Part shown: positions 15,013 to 25,404 of the stretch, in pieces
Position numbering within the stretch: position 1 is the first letter of the stretch
How the letters are laid out: the number at the start of each line of letters is the position of its first letter
Assembly (NCBI GenBank): GCA_963775855.1
Contig: CAVZKO010000005.1
Coordinates: forward strand, 1,071,846 to 1,135,845
DNA: 64,000 bases
Direction of reading: 5' to 3'
From: an uncultured Chloroflexia bacterium
GTDB taxonomy: Bacteria > Chloroflexota > Limnocylindria > Limnocylindrales > CSP1-4
Notes under the pieces: model-generated
The model's database searches: none
The model's input: only the letters and a program-made list of their open reading frames with translations
What the model was told of the DNA's origin: nothing
Made by a program: the position numbers and the translations under genes

Positions 15013-16517
15013 TCACACGCCCACCGAGGTCGGAGGGGGAGCTCCGCGACCCCATCCGTCCGAGGTCTCTTCCAGGATGAACTTCCGCGACGCCACGTCG
15101 TACGGGACCGGCTCCGGGTAGCGGCCGTCGAAGCAGGCGAAGCAGAACCGCTCGTACGGCAGCTCGAGGGCAGCGAGGACGCCTCGGATCGAGAGGTAGC
15201 CGAGCGAATCGGCGCCGATGAACTCGCGGATCTCCTCTTCCGAGTGGGTCGCCGCGATCAGCTCGGTCTCGACCTGGGTGTCGATGCCGTAGAAGCAGGG
15301 GTGGTAGATCGGTGGCGCGCTGATCCGGACATGGACCTCCGCGGCGCCCGCCCGTCGCAGGATCGAGACGATCTGCTTGGTCGTCGTGCCCCGCACGATC
15401 GAGTCGTCGACGACCGTCAGGCGCTTGCCGCGGACGACCTCGCGCAGCGGGATTGAGCTTGATCGTCACGCCTCGCTGGCGCATCGTCTGGGACGGCTGG
15501 ATGAACGTCCGGCCGCTGTACCGATTGCGGACGAGGCCCTCGCGGTACGGGATGCCGGACGCCTCGGCGTAGCCCGCCGCGGCCGGGGCGCCCGTGTCCG
15601 GCACGGGCATGACGAGGTCCGCGTCAGCGGGATGCTCGACGGCGAGCTGCATCCCCATCCTGCGCCGGACTTCGTACAGGTTGCGACCCTCCATGTACGA
15701 GTCCGGCCGGGCGAAGTAGATGAGCTCGAAGACGCACAGCGCCGGGCTCGCCTCCGCGAAGCGCACGGACCGCGGAGGGCGCCCCGACTCGAGGATCACG
15801 ATCTCGCCCGGCTCGACGTCCCGGACGTACTCGGCGCCGACGATGTCGAGCCCGGCGGTCTCCGAGGACAGGCACCAGCCTGCGCTGCCGTCCTCGTCGC
15901 CCCACAGGCCGCCGTTCGGGACGTTCGAGGCGTCGCCGCCGTCCGATGGCAGCCGTCCCAGGACGAGCGGACGGAACCCGAACGGATCTCGGACGCCGAT
16001 CACCCGGCGCTCGTCGAGGACGACGAGGCTGTACGCCCCGCGGACGCGCGGCAGGACCCGGACGAGTGCGTCGACCGTGTCGGCCGCGGGCTCGTCGGCG
16101 AGGAGCGCGGTCAGCAGCTCCGTATCGGTCGAGGCCGGGAGGCGCCCCCGGCCGCCGCTCAGCGACGCCAGCAGCTCGCGGGTGTTGACGAGGTTGCCGT
16201 TGTGCCCGACGGCGATCGCCCGGCGCGGGCCGAGCCGGAACGTCGGCTGGGCGTTCTCCCAGACCGTCGAGCCGGTCGTCGAGTAGCGGCAATGGGCGAT
16301 CGCCAGGTCGCCGCGGAGCGAGGGGATCCGCCGCTCGTCGAGGACTGAGCTGATCATCCCGAGATCCTTGTAGAGCATGAGCTGCTCGCCGTCGCTGACC
16401 GCGACGCCGGCCGACTCCTGGCCGCGGTGCTGGAGCGCGAACAGGCCGAGGGCGGCGACGGCCGCGGCCTCGGCGCCGCGTGCCTGGCGGCATCACCGCC
16501 CCGAAGACGCCGCACAT
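15013..16517 (-). CDS. purF: Amidophosphoribosyltransferase (frame-broken)
   Basis: MCGVFG (Cys2 nucleophile), [23 protein letters not shown], PRTase motif [12 protein letters not shown]-terminal FACFDGRYP. The ATG at 16517 lies 1 nt after the purL stop. Confidence 0.9.
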
Positions 16518-16518
16518 C

Positions 16519-18841
16519 TCAGTGGCCGTCCCAGCCGAGCGCCCGCGACAGGCCCGTCTCCCAGGCGTGGCGGAGATCGGCGACGGCGACGTCGAGCGCG
16601 TCGGCCACCCGGCTCCCCCGCTCCTCCGCGGCGCCCGTCGCGCCGGCCCCGGCGAGCTCGACGACGAGCCGCTCGCCGCCGACCGACCCGAGCTCCTCGG
16701 CGACGAGCCCGTGCTGCCGCGCGAGGAGCGCGAGCGCCGCGACGTACCGCGACGGCGCCGAGACGAGGATCCGCGACGGACTCTCGCCGAACAGGTCGAC
16801 GGCCGGCGAGTTCGCGACCCTGAGCCGCAGGCGGGCGCCAAGGCCGCGATCGCCGTCGGCCCACATCGCACTCTCGGCCAGCGCGACCGCCAGGCCGCCA
16901 CCCGCAACGTCCTGGGCCGAGGCGAGGAGGCCGCGCGCCGCGGCCTCTCGGACGAACGCCTGGACCGCAGCCTCCAGCCCGAGGTCGAGGCTCGGTGGGC
17001 CGTCCTCCGCCGCGACGCCCGCCAATCGGGCGTACTCGCTCCCTGCGAGACCCGGCGTCGCTTCGCCGATCAGGACGATGACGTCGCCCTCGGCCCGAAA
17101 GGCCGGCCGCACGAGGCGATCGACGTTCTCGAGCAAGCCGACGACCCCGATCTCCGGGGTCGGCGCGATCGAGCCGCCAGGCGATTCGTTGTAGAGCGAG
17201 ACGTTGCCGCCGGTGACGGGCAGGCCGAGCGCCCGGCACGCATCGCCGAGCCCCCGGACGGCCTCCGACAACTGCCAGAACGCCTCGGGCCGGGTCGGGT
17301 CGCCGTAGTTCAGGCAGTTCGTCACGCCGAGCGGCCGCGCTCCGGTGATCGACACGTTGCGGGTCGCCTCGGCGACGCTCATCGCGGCCCCGAGCCACGG
17401 ATCCGTCTGCCCGACGGCCTGGTTGCCGTCGGTCGTGGCGACGAGTGCCTTCGACGTCCCCTTGATCCGGAGGACCGCGGCGCCCTGGCCCGGCCCGGCG
17501 ACGGTGTTCGCCTGGACCGTCGAGTCGTACTGCTCGAAGACCGGCCGGCGCGACGAAAGGTTGGCCGAACCGAGCAGCGCCAGAAGGACGGCGCCAGGGT
17601 CCATGCCACGCTCCGGCAAGAGTCCGGTCTCGTCGGCCGGGGCACCCGGTGCGGGGGCGAGGCGGCTGCGCGGTGGCGGCGCGGCGATCCGCTCGTGGAC
17701 GATCGCGTCGCTCGTGAGCGCGCCGCGCGGGCACCCTGGCGAGCTCGCGCCCGGCGTCGACAATGGCGATGTCCCCGTCGTCCGTCACCGTCCCGATCAC
17801 GGCGACCGGCAGGCCCCAGCGCTCGCAGACCGCGCGTGACTGCATCCCATCGGTCGGGTCGGACGATCGCGAGCATCCGCTCCTGCGACTCCGAGATCAT
17901 CACCTCGAACGGCTCCATGTCCGGCTCGCGGCGCGGGATCGCCCCCAGCTCGATCCGCATCCCGGTCCCCGCCCGATCGGCGGTCTCCGAGGTCGCGCAG
18001 GTGATCCCGGCGGCACCGAGGTCCTGCAGCCCCTCGACGAGGCCGCGCTCGATCAGCTCCAGCGACGCCTCGATGAGCAGCTTCTCGGCGAACGGGTCAC
18101 CGACTTGGACGCTGACGGGCGCTTCGAGGTCTCGGCGTCGCCGAACGTCGCGCTGGCGAGGACGCTCGCCCCGCCGATCCCGTCGCGGCCGGTCGTCGAC
18201 CCGAACAGCACGACGAGGTTGCCCGGGCCCGGCGCGGCGGCCCGGGTGAGCAGGCGCTCCTCGAGCAGGCCGATCGCCATGACGTTGACGAGCGGATTGC
18301 CCTCGTAGCTCGGGTCGAAGACGAGCTCGCCGCCGACCGTCGGCACGCCGACGCAGTTGCCGTAGCCGCCGACGCCGTGGACGACGCCGTCGACGAGGTG
18401 GCGCGTCCGGGCCGACGACGGATCGCCGAACCGGAGCGCGTCGAGGACGGCGATCGGTCGGGCGCCCATCGTGAAGATGTCGCGGAGGATGCCCCCGACG
18501 CCGGTCGCGGCGCCCTGGTACGGCTCGACCGCGCTCGGGTGGTTGTGGGACTCGATCTTGAACGCGACCGCGAGCCCGTCGCCGATCGAGATCACCCCGG
18601 CGTTCTCGCCGGGCCCGGCGACGACGCCCTCGCCGGCGGTCGGCAGCGTCCGCAGGAGCGGCCTGGAGCTCTTGTACGAGCAGTGCTCGCTCCACATGAC
18701 GCTGAACATCGCGAGCTCGAGATCGTTCGGCTCCCGGCCGCCGAGGCGGTCGCGGATCGCCACGAGCTCGTCATCGGTGAGCCCGAGGCGCCGGTGGAGC
18801 GGCTCCAACGCGGCGTCGGCCACGGGTTCCGCCAGCGTCAT
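16519..18841 (-). CDS. purL: FGAM synthase II, large subunit (frame-broken)
   Basis: [101 protein letters not shown]. Read across ORFs 18053..19585, 17379..18695, 16493..17845 and 16519..17763. Confidence 0.9.
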
Positions 18842-19585
18842 CGCGCGCCGACCTCGACCGGCATCCCGGCATGGACTCGCTCGGCGGCGCTGTCGACGAA
18901 CGAGCGGATGATCCCGAGCCCATCGGCCGACCCGAGGATCGCCTCGACCGCGGTCTCGGGATGGGGCATGAGGCCCGGCGACGTTGCCCGCGGCGTTCAT
19001 GACCCCGGCGATCGCCCGGAGCGAGCCGTTCGGATTGGCGGCGTCGCCCGTCTCGTCCGCCGTCGACCCGTCGGCCCGGGCGTAGCTGAACAGCACCTGG
19101 CCGTCCCGCTGCAGCTCGTCGAGCGTCGCGTCGTCGGCGTAGAAGCAGCCCTCGCCGTGGGCGACCGGCATCCGCAGCGGCCGGCGCTCGCCGATCGCCC
19201 GGGTGAACGGCGTGTCGAGGCGCTCGGGGACGATCGACACCTCGCGCGAGACGAACCGCAGCCCGCGGTTGCGGAGGAGGGCGCCGGGCAGGAGATGGGC
19301 CTCGGTCAGGACCTGGAACCCGTTGCAGATCCCGAGGACGAGCCCGCCGTCAGCGGCGAACGCGGCCACGGAGCGCATCACCGGGCTGAACCGGGCGATC
19401 ACACCGGCCCGCAGGTAATCGCCATAGGCGAAGCCGCCCGGCAGGATCACCCCGGCGACGCCGTCGAGGGACGCCGACTCGTGCCACAGCATGACCGGCT
19501 CGGCGCCGGCGACCTCGAGCGCGTTGACGGCATCGATGTCGCGATTCGAACCCGGGAACACCACGACCCCGATCCGGACCGTCAT
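18838..19585 (-). CDS. purQ: FGAM synthase I, glutaminase subunit (one frame break near the 3' end)
   Basis: [35 protein letters not shown] (catalytic Cys), PVAHGEG. The stop overlaps the purL ATG (ATGA). Confidence 0.9.
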
Positions 19586-19866
19586 GCGTGAGCCCCGACG
19601 GTCGACGACGCCGCCCCGATCTCCTCGACGGCGTACGACTCGATGAGGGGGTTCGACAGGAGCTCCGAGGCGAGCCGATCGACCGTCGCCCTGGCCGCCG
19701 CCGCGTCGTCGGCCGCGACCGTCAACTCGACCCGCCGGCCGACACGCACGGCGGAAACGCCCTCGATCCCGAGGTGGCCGAGGCTGCTCTCGACCGCCCG
19801 CCCCTGCGGGTCGAGGATTCCCGCCTTCGGCGTGACGTTGACGGCGAACCGGAAGTCCGTGCTCAT
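19582..19866 (-). CDS. purS: FGAM synthase PurS subunit (94 aa)
   Basis: Small ORF ([33 protein letters not shown]...) lying between purC and purQ, with ATGA overlaps at both ends. Confidence 0.85.
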   Translation of the reverse strand: MSTDFRFAVNVTPKAGILDPQGRAVESSLGHLGIEGVSAVRVGRRVELTVAADDAAAARATVDRLASELLSNPLIESYAVEEIGAASSTVGAHA

Positions 19867-20793
19867 CGGGCGATCGTGTCCTCCGCCAGGTATCGATCGA
19901 AGCTCGCGCCGGTGATCCGCTCGAACGCCTCGACGTAGCGCGCCCGGGTCCCGTCGACGATGTCCGCGGGGAGCTCCGGCCCCGGCGCCGTCTTGTCCCA
20001 CGTCTGCGCCTCGAGCCAGTCGCGGACGAACTGCTTGTCGAAGCTCGCGGCCGGCCGGCCCGGCTCGTACGTCGCCGCGTCCCAGAACCGCGACGAATCG
20101 GGCGTCAGGACCTCGTCGATGAGGAGCAGCTCGCCGGTCTTCGGGTCGACGCCGAACTCGAACTTCGTGTCGGCCAGGATGATCCCCGCCGGCTCCGCCA
20201 CCGACGACCCGTAGCGGTAGAGCGCGAGGGCGATGTCGCGGACGCGCTCTGCGAGGTCAGCGCCGATCAGTCGCGCGGCCTCGTCGAGGCCGATGTTCTC
20301 GTCGTGGGCGCCCTGTTCGGCCTTGGTCGACGGGCGTGAAGAGCGGCTCCGGCAGCCGCTCGCTCTCGCGCAGGCCGACCGGCAGCGCGATGCCGCAGAC
20401 GGCGCCGGTTCGCTGGTAGTCCTTCCAGCCGGAGCCGGCGAGGTAGCCGCGAACGATGACCTCGATCGGGAGGACCTCGACGCGTCGGCAGAGCATCATC
20501 CGCCCGCGCAGCTCCGCGGCCGCATCGGGGCCCGAGACGAACTCCGGCGGCAGGTCTTCCGGAGTCGTGCCGAGGAGGTGATTCGGGACGATTCCCTCGG
20601 TTCGCGAGAACCAGAACCTCGAGAGTCCCGTCAGCATCCGGCCCTTGTCCGGGATCTCGGTCGGCAGGACGACGTCGAACGCCGACAGCCGGTCCGACGC
20701 GACGAGCAGCAGCCGATCGTCGCCGACGGCGTAGAGGTCGCGAACCTTGCCGGATCGCAGGAACGAGTCGGCGGGCGGGCTAACGGGCGGCAT
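19863..20793 (-). CDS. purC: SAICAR synthetase (one frame break near 20330)
   Basis: [50 protein letters not shown]. Confidence 0.9.
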
Positions 20794-22103
20794 GGATCTC
20801 GGCCTCCAGGCTGTCGAGTCTCGCGATGACCGTGGGAACGTGGCGAAGGAACGCCGAATCGTCGAAGCAGGCGTCCAGCTCGGCGAGCGCGGAGCTTCTT
20901 CGCGACCGTCGGGTCGACGGCGAGCAGCTCGCGAAGGGGACGCCGCTCGTCGGCGGCCCGCAGGGCGGCACGCTGGACGACCGCGTAGGCCTCTTCGCGC
21001 GACAGGCCGGCGCGCTCGACGAGCGCGACGAGGACCCGGCTGCTGGCATGGAGCCCGAGGCCGCGCTCGATGTTCTCCCGCATCCGCTCGCTGCGAACGA
21101 CGAGACCCTCGATGAGCCCCGCCATCCGGACGAGCATGTAGTCGAGGAGGATCGTCGCGTCGGGCAGGATCACCCGCTCGGCCGACGAGTGGCTGATGTC
21201 GCGCTCGTGCCAGAGCGGCTGGTCCTCGAGCGCCGCATGGGCGTAGCCGCGGAGGAGCCGGGCGAGGCCGGCGATCCGCTCGGACAGGATCGGGTTGCGC
21301 TTGTGGGGCATCGCGGACGAGCCCTTCTGGCCGACCTTGAACGGCTCCTGGAGCTCGCCGATCTCGGTGTGCTGGAGGTTGCGGATCTCGGTCGCGAACC
21401 GCTCCAGGCTGCCGCCGACGATCGCGATCGCGGTGAGCAGCGCCGCGTGGCGGTCGCGCTGGACGATCTGGGTGCTCGCCGGATCGGCGTGCAGCCCGAG
21501 CTCGGCGAGGACCTCCGCCTCGACATCCGGCCCCAGATGGCTGTACGTCCCGACGGGCCCCGAGATCTTGCCGGTCCCGATCTCATCGACGGCGACCGCC
21601 AGGCGGCGCCGCCCGCGATCGAGCTCGAAGGCCCAGCCCGCGAGCTTGAGGCCGAGCGTGATCGGCTCGGCGTGGACCGAGTGGGTCCGGCCCATCATCA
21701 GCGTCTCTGCCTCTGCTCGCGCGCGGGCGATGAGCGCCGCCAGGAGCCGGTCGCAGTCGCGCAGGAGCAGCTCTCCGGCGGCTCGCAGCTGGAGCGCGAG
21801 GCCGGTGTCGACGACGTCGCTGCTGGTCAGGCCGAGATGGAGGTAGCGCCCTTCGGGGCCGACCGACTCCGCGACCTGGGAGACGAAGGCGATCACGTCG
21901 TGGTCGGTCGTCTTCTCGATCTCGGCGATCCGTTCCGGATCGACCGCCGCGCGCGCCTCGAGCGCGGCGAGCGCCTCGGGCGGGACCTGGCCGCGGGCGC
22001 TCTGGGCGCGGGCGACGGCGAGCTCGACGCGCAGCATCTGCTCGAAGCGTGCCTGGTCCGTCCAGAGCGCGCCCATCTCGGCCAGGGTGTAGCGCCGGAT
22101 CAT
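20780..22103 (-). CDS. purB: Adenylosuccinate lyase (one frame break near 20890)
   Basis: [36 protein letters not shown], signature GSSAMPHKRNP. The ATG at 22103 overlaps the purD stop (ATGA). Confidence 0.92.
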
Positions 22104-23430
22104 CTGCGCGACCCTCCGGCGACGGCCATGACCGGCGCGGCCGCGGCGATGTCGTGTCGGCGGCGCATGCCCGGCCACGAGATGGCATCCGCACCTGCCT
22201 CCGCGACGGCGCGTGCGCCCGGCTGATCCGGTCCGCGCCCGACGACGGTCAGGACGCGGCCGCCGTTGGTCACGAACCTGCCACCGTCGTCGAGACGCGT
22301 CCCGGCATGGAACACGAGCGCCCCGGTCGCGCGAGCCGCCTCGATCCCGGCGATCGGATCGCCGCGGCCGGGGGCATCGGGATACGCTCCGGCGGCGAGG
22401 ACGATCCCCACGGCCGCGCCGGGCAGGGCCGCGATCCGCGCGCCTGCGGCGGTCTCGAGCTGGCCACGAGCCGCGGTCAGCAGCAGCGGTCCGAGCGGGA
22501 CCGCCAGCCGCGGCAGGATCACCTGCGCCTCCGGGTCGCCGAGCCGGGCGTTGCACTCGAGGAGCCTGGGCCCGTCGGCCGTGAGCATCAGGCCGGCGTA
22601 GAGGAAGCCCCTGAACGGCGTGCCGCGCCGAGCCAGCTCCGCGAGGAGCGGTCGATGGATGGTTCGCACGATCTCTTCGACGTCGTCGTCGGAGAGATCG
22701 GCAAGCGGCGAGAAGGCGCCCATTCCGCCGGTGTTCGGTCCGACGTCACCGTCGAGCAACCGCTTGTGGTCGCGTGCGGCCGGCAGGGCCAGGGCACGCG
22801 CGCCGTCGCAGATCGCGATCACGCTCGCCTCCGGTCCGCGAAGACGCTCCTCGACGACGATTCGCTCGAGCCCGGCCCGGGCCATCGCCTCGATCGCCGC
22901 GACTGCTTCGTCGGCGGATTCGGCAACGACTACGCCCTTGCCGGACGCCAGTCCGTCGGCCTTGACCACGACCCCGTCGCCGCGGGTCGCCTCCTGGCGG
23001 GCGTAGGCGCGACGCAGCCGGCGCATCGACGAACGACGCCGCCCGGGCCATCGCGACGCCGGCGGCCGCTGCCACCTCGTGGCAGAACGCCTTCGACGAC
23101 TCGATCCGGGCGGCCGCGGCGGATGGACCAAACGTGGCGATGCCGGCCCCGCGAAGCGCATCGGCGACGCCGGCGGCGAGGGGCGCCTCCGGGCCGATCA
23201 CCGCGAGCTCGACCGATCGATTTCGGGCGACGGCGACGAGCGCGTCCGTGTCGAGGGCCGTCGCGTCGCCGGCGATCCGGACGCGGGGCTCATCCGCCGA
23301 TCGCGTCCGACCCGGGCGCGACCACGATCTCGTTGACGCCCGGTTCTGCGGCGAGCTTCCAGGCGAGGGCGTGCTCGCGCCCACCGCCGCCCACGATGAG
23401 GATCCGCGTCGGCATCACGGGGCGGCTCAT
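22100..23430 (-). CDS. purD: Phosphoribosylamine-glycine ligase (frame-broken)
   Basis: [81 protein letters not shown]. The ATG at 23430 overlaps the purA stop (ATGA). Confidence 0.9.
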
Positions 23431-24759
23431 CGGGCGACCTCCGCGGCAGCCTGTGGCGGGGCCGGTCGATTGCGCATCGGCCGCCAGGCCCGTTCGATCG
23501 TCTGCGTCCGCTCCGGCCCGACCGAAACGAGGACGATCGGTACGCCGGCATGCTCCTCGAGGGCCGACAGGTAGCGTCGGGCGTTCTCGGGCAGGTCGCC
23601 GAGCGATCGGACGGCGTGGATCGGCTCCGACCAGCCAGCGAACTCCTCGTAGATCGGGGTGGCGCCGTCGAGGACCGTCGCCGACGACGGCCAGGCCTCC
23701 ACCCTCCGACCGGCGACCTCGTAGGCGACGCACAGCCGGATCGGGTCGATGCCCGACAGGATGTCGAGCTTGTTGAGCATGATCGAGCTGACCGAGTTGA
23801 CCGCAACCGCGTAGCGCAGCGGCACGGCATCGAACCAGCCCACCCGGCGCGGCCGGCCGGTCGTCGTCCCGACCTCGTTGCCGCGCGCCGCGATCCCCGC
23901 CCCGATCGCGTCCGTCAGCTCGGTCGGATACGGGCCTGACCCGACGCGCGTCGAGTAGGCCTTCATGACCCCGATCACCTCGTCGACCTGGAGCGGCCCG
24001 ATCCCGCCGCCCGTGCATGCCCCGCCCGCGACCGGGTTCGACGAGGTGACGAACGGGTAGCTGCCGTGGTCGAGATCGAGGAGCGTGCCCTGCGCGCCCT
24101 CGAGGAGGACGTGGTCGCCGCGGCGGAGGGCGTCCTGGACGAGCCACGTGGCGTCGGCGATGTGCGGCCGGAGACGCTCGCCCCACGCGACGGCCTGGGC
24201 CACGAGCTCGTCTGCCCCGAACGCCTGGTCGCCGTCGTGCGAGGCCAGCAGGAGGTTCTTGTCGGGCAGGATCTTGGCAAGCTTTGCCCGGACCAGCGAG
24301 CCGTCGAGGAGGTCCTCCATCCGGAGCCCGACCCGCCACGCCCGATCGCCGTAGGCCGGCCCGATCCCCCGCCCGGTCGTGCCGACCTTGCCGTCGCCGA
24401 GACGGGCTTCCATCGCCCGGTCGAGGGCCACGTGGTACGGCATGATCACGTGGGCCGCCGTGCTGACCCGGACCCGGCTCGTGTCGATGCCCGCGCGCGG
24501 TGAGCATGTCGAGCTCGCTGATGAGCGTCGCCGGATTGACGACGACGCCGCTGCCGATGACCGACGTGATGTGGGGATACAGCACGCCCGACGGGACGAG
24601 ATGGAGCTTGAAGACCTCGTCGCCGCTGACGACGGTGTGGCCGGCGTTGTCGCCGCCCTGGTAGCGGACGACCATCGCGACCTGCTCGGCGAGGAAGTCG
24701 GTGGTCTTGCCCTTGCCCTCGTCGCCCCACTGCAGCCCGACGATCACCGTGGCGGGCAT
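23427..24759 (-). CDS. purA: Adenylosuccinate synthetase (one frame break near 24500)
   Basis: [58 protein letters not shown]. Confidence 0.92.
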
Positions 24760-25404
24760 TACGCGCCCGCCATTTCGGCCCAGGGCCGCGTTGCCGGGCT
24801 GCGCTGCTCGCTCACGCACGCCAGGGTGCGCTCGCTCACATGCTCGCCCGGCGCCTTGCCCTGACCCGCCTGTCGGTCGCTTTGAGCGTCCCAAAGGCCA
24901 CCAAAAAAGCCCCGCGGCTCCGTGCCTGGGACTTGGATACACCTCTCCCGTATCGCGCCGACGGTTCGGCGCCGGGGCTGATCGAAGACTCGGGCTCGCC
25001 TCACGGGGCGAACGACGCGCCTTCCTCGAGCAACGGCCGACCTCCTGGATGCGGGCGTCTCCCGCGGGCTGTCGAGGACGGCCGGAGTATAGCAGCGCTG
25101 GGGTCCCGGGCGACGAGTCCGGGCGCCGCTCTTGGCCATCCACTTGGCCAAATGTGCGTCGAGAGAAAGTTAGCGGAGGACCGTGCGGCAGAATCGGACT
25201 CGGTCAAACGAGAAGTAGCTGCCGACGGCTGACGAGGCGCTCAATCAGATCGTTCGGGGCTAGCGGCCCCGGTGGTTTCTCGGCTAATGATCACACGGGC
25301 GCAAATTTGGCGAAATGCGACCCGCCCCGCGCCTGGCGCGGAGCAGCGCGAGAGTCGCCTCGCGGCCGAATCAGCTCGCGGCGAAGCCGCTCGCAGAGTC
25401 GTCG

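Noticed and set aside
24975-25100. tmRNA-like start GGGGCTGATCGAAGACTCGGG followed by GCGAACGAC (a tag-like ANDA... reading) on the plus strand.
   Set aside because: There is no T-arm (GGTTCGA-type) or CCA end downstream. The tag-like frame runs on for about 80 codons without the usual short ...LAA stop. No pseudoknot-rich body of adequate length is evident.
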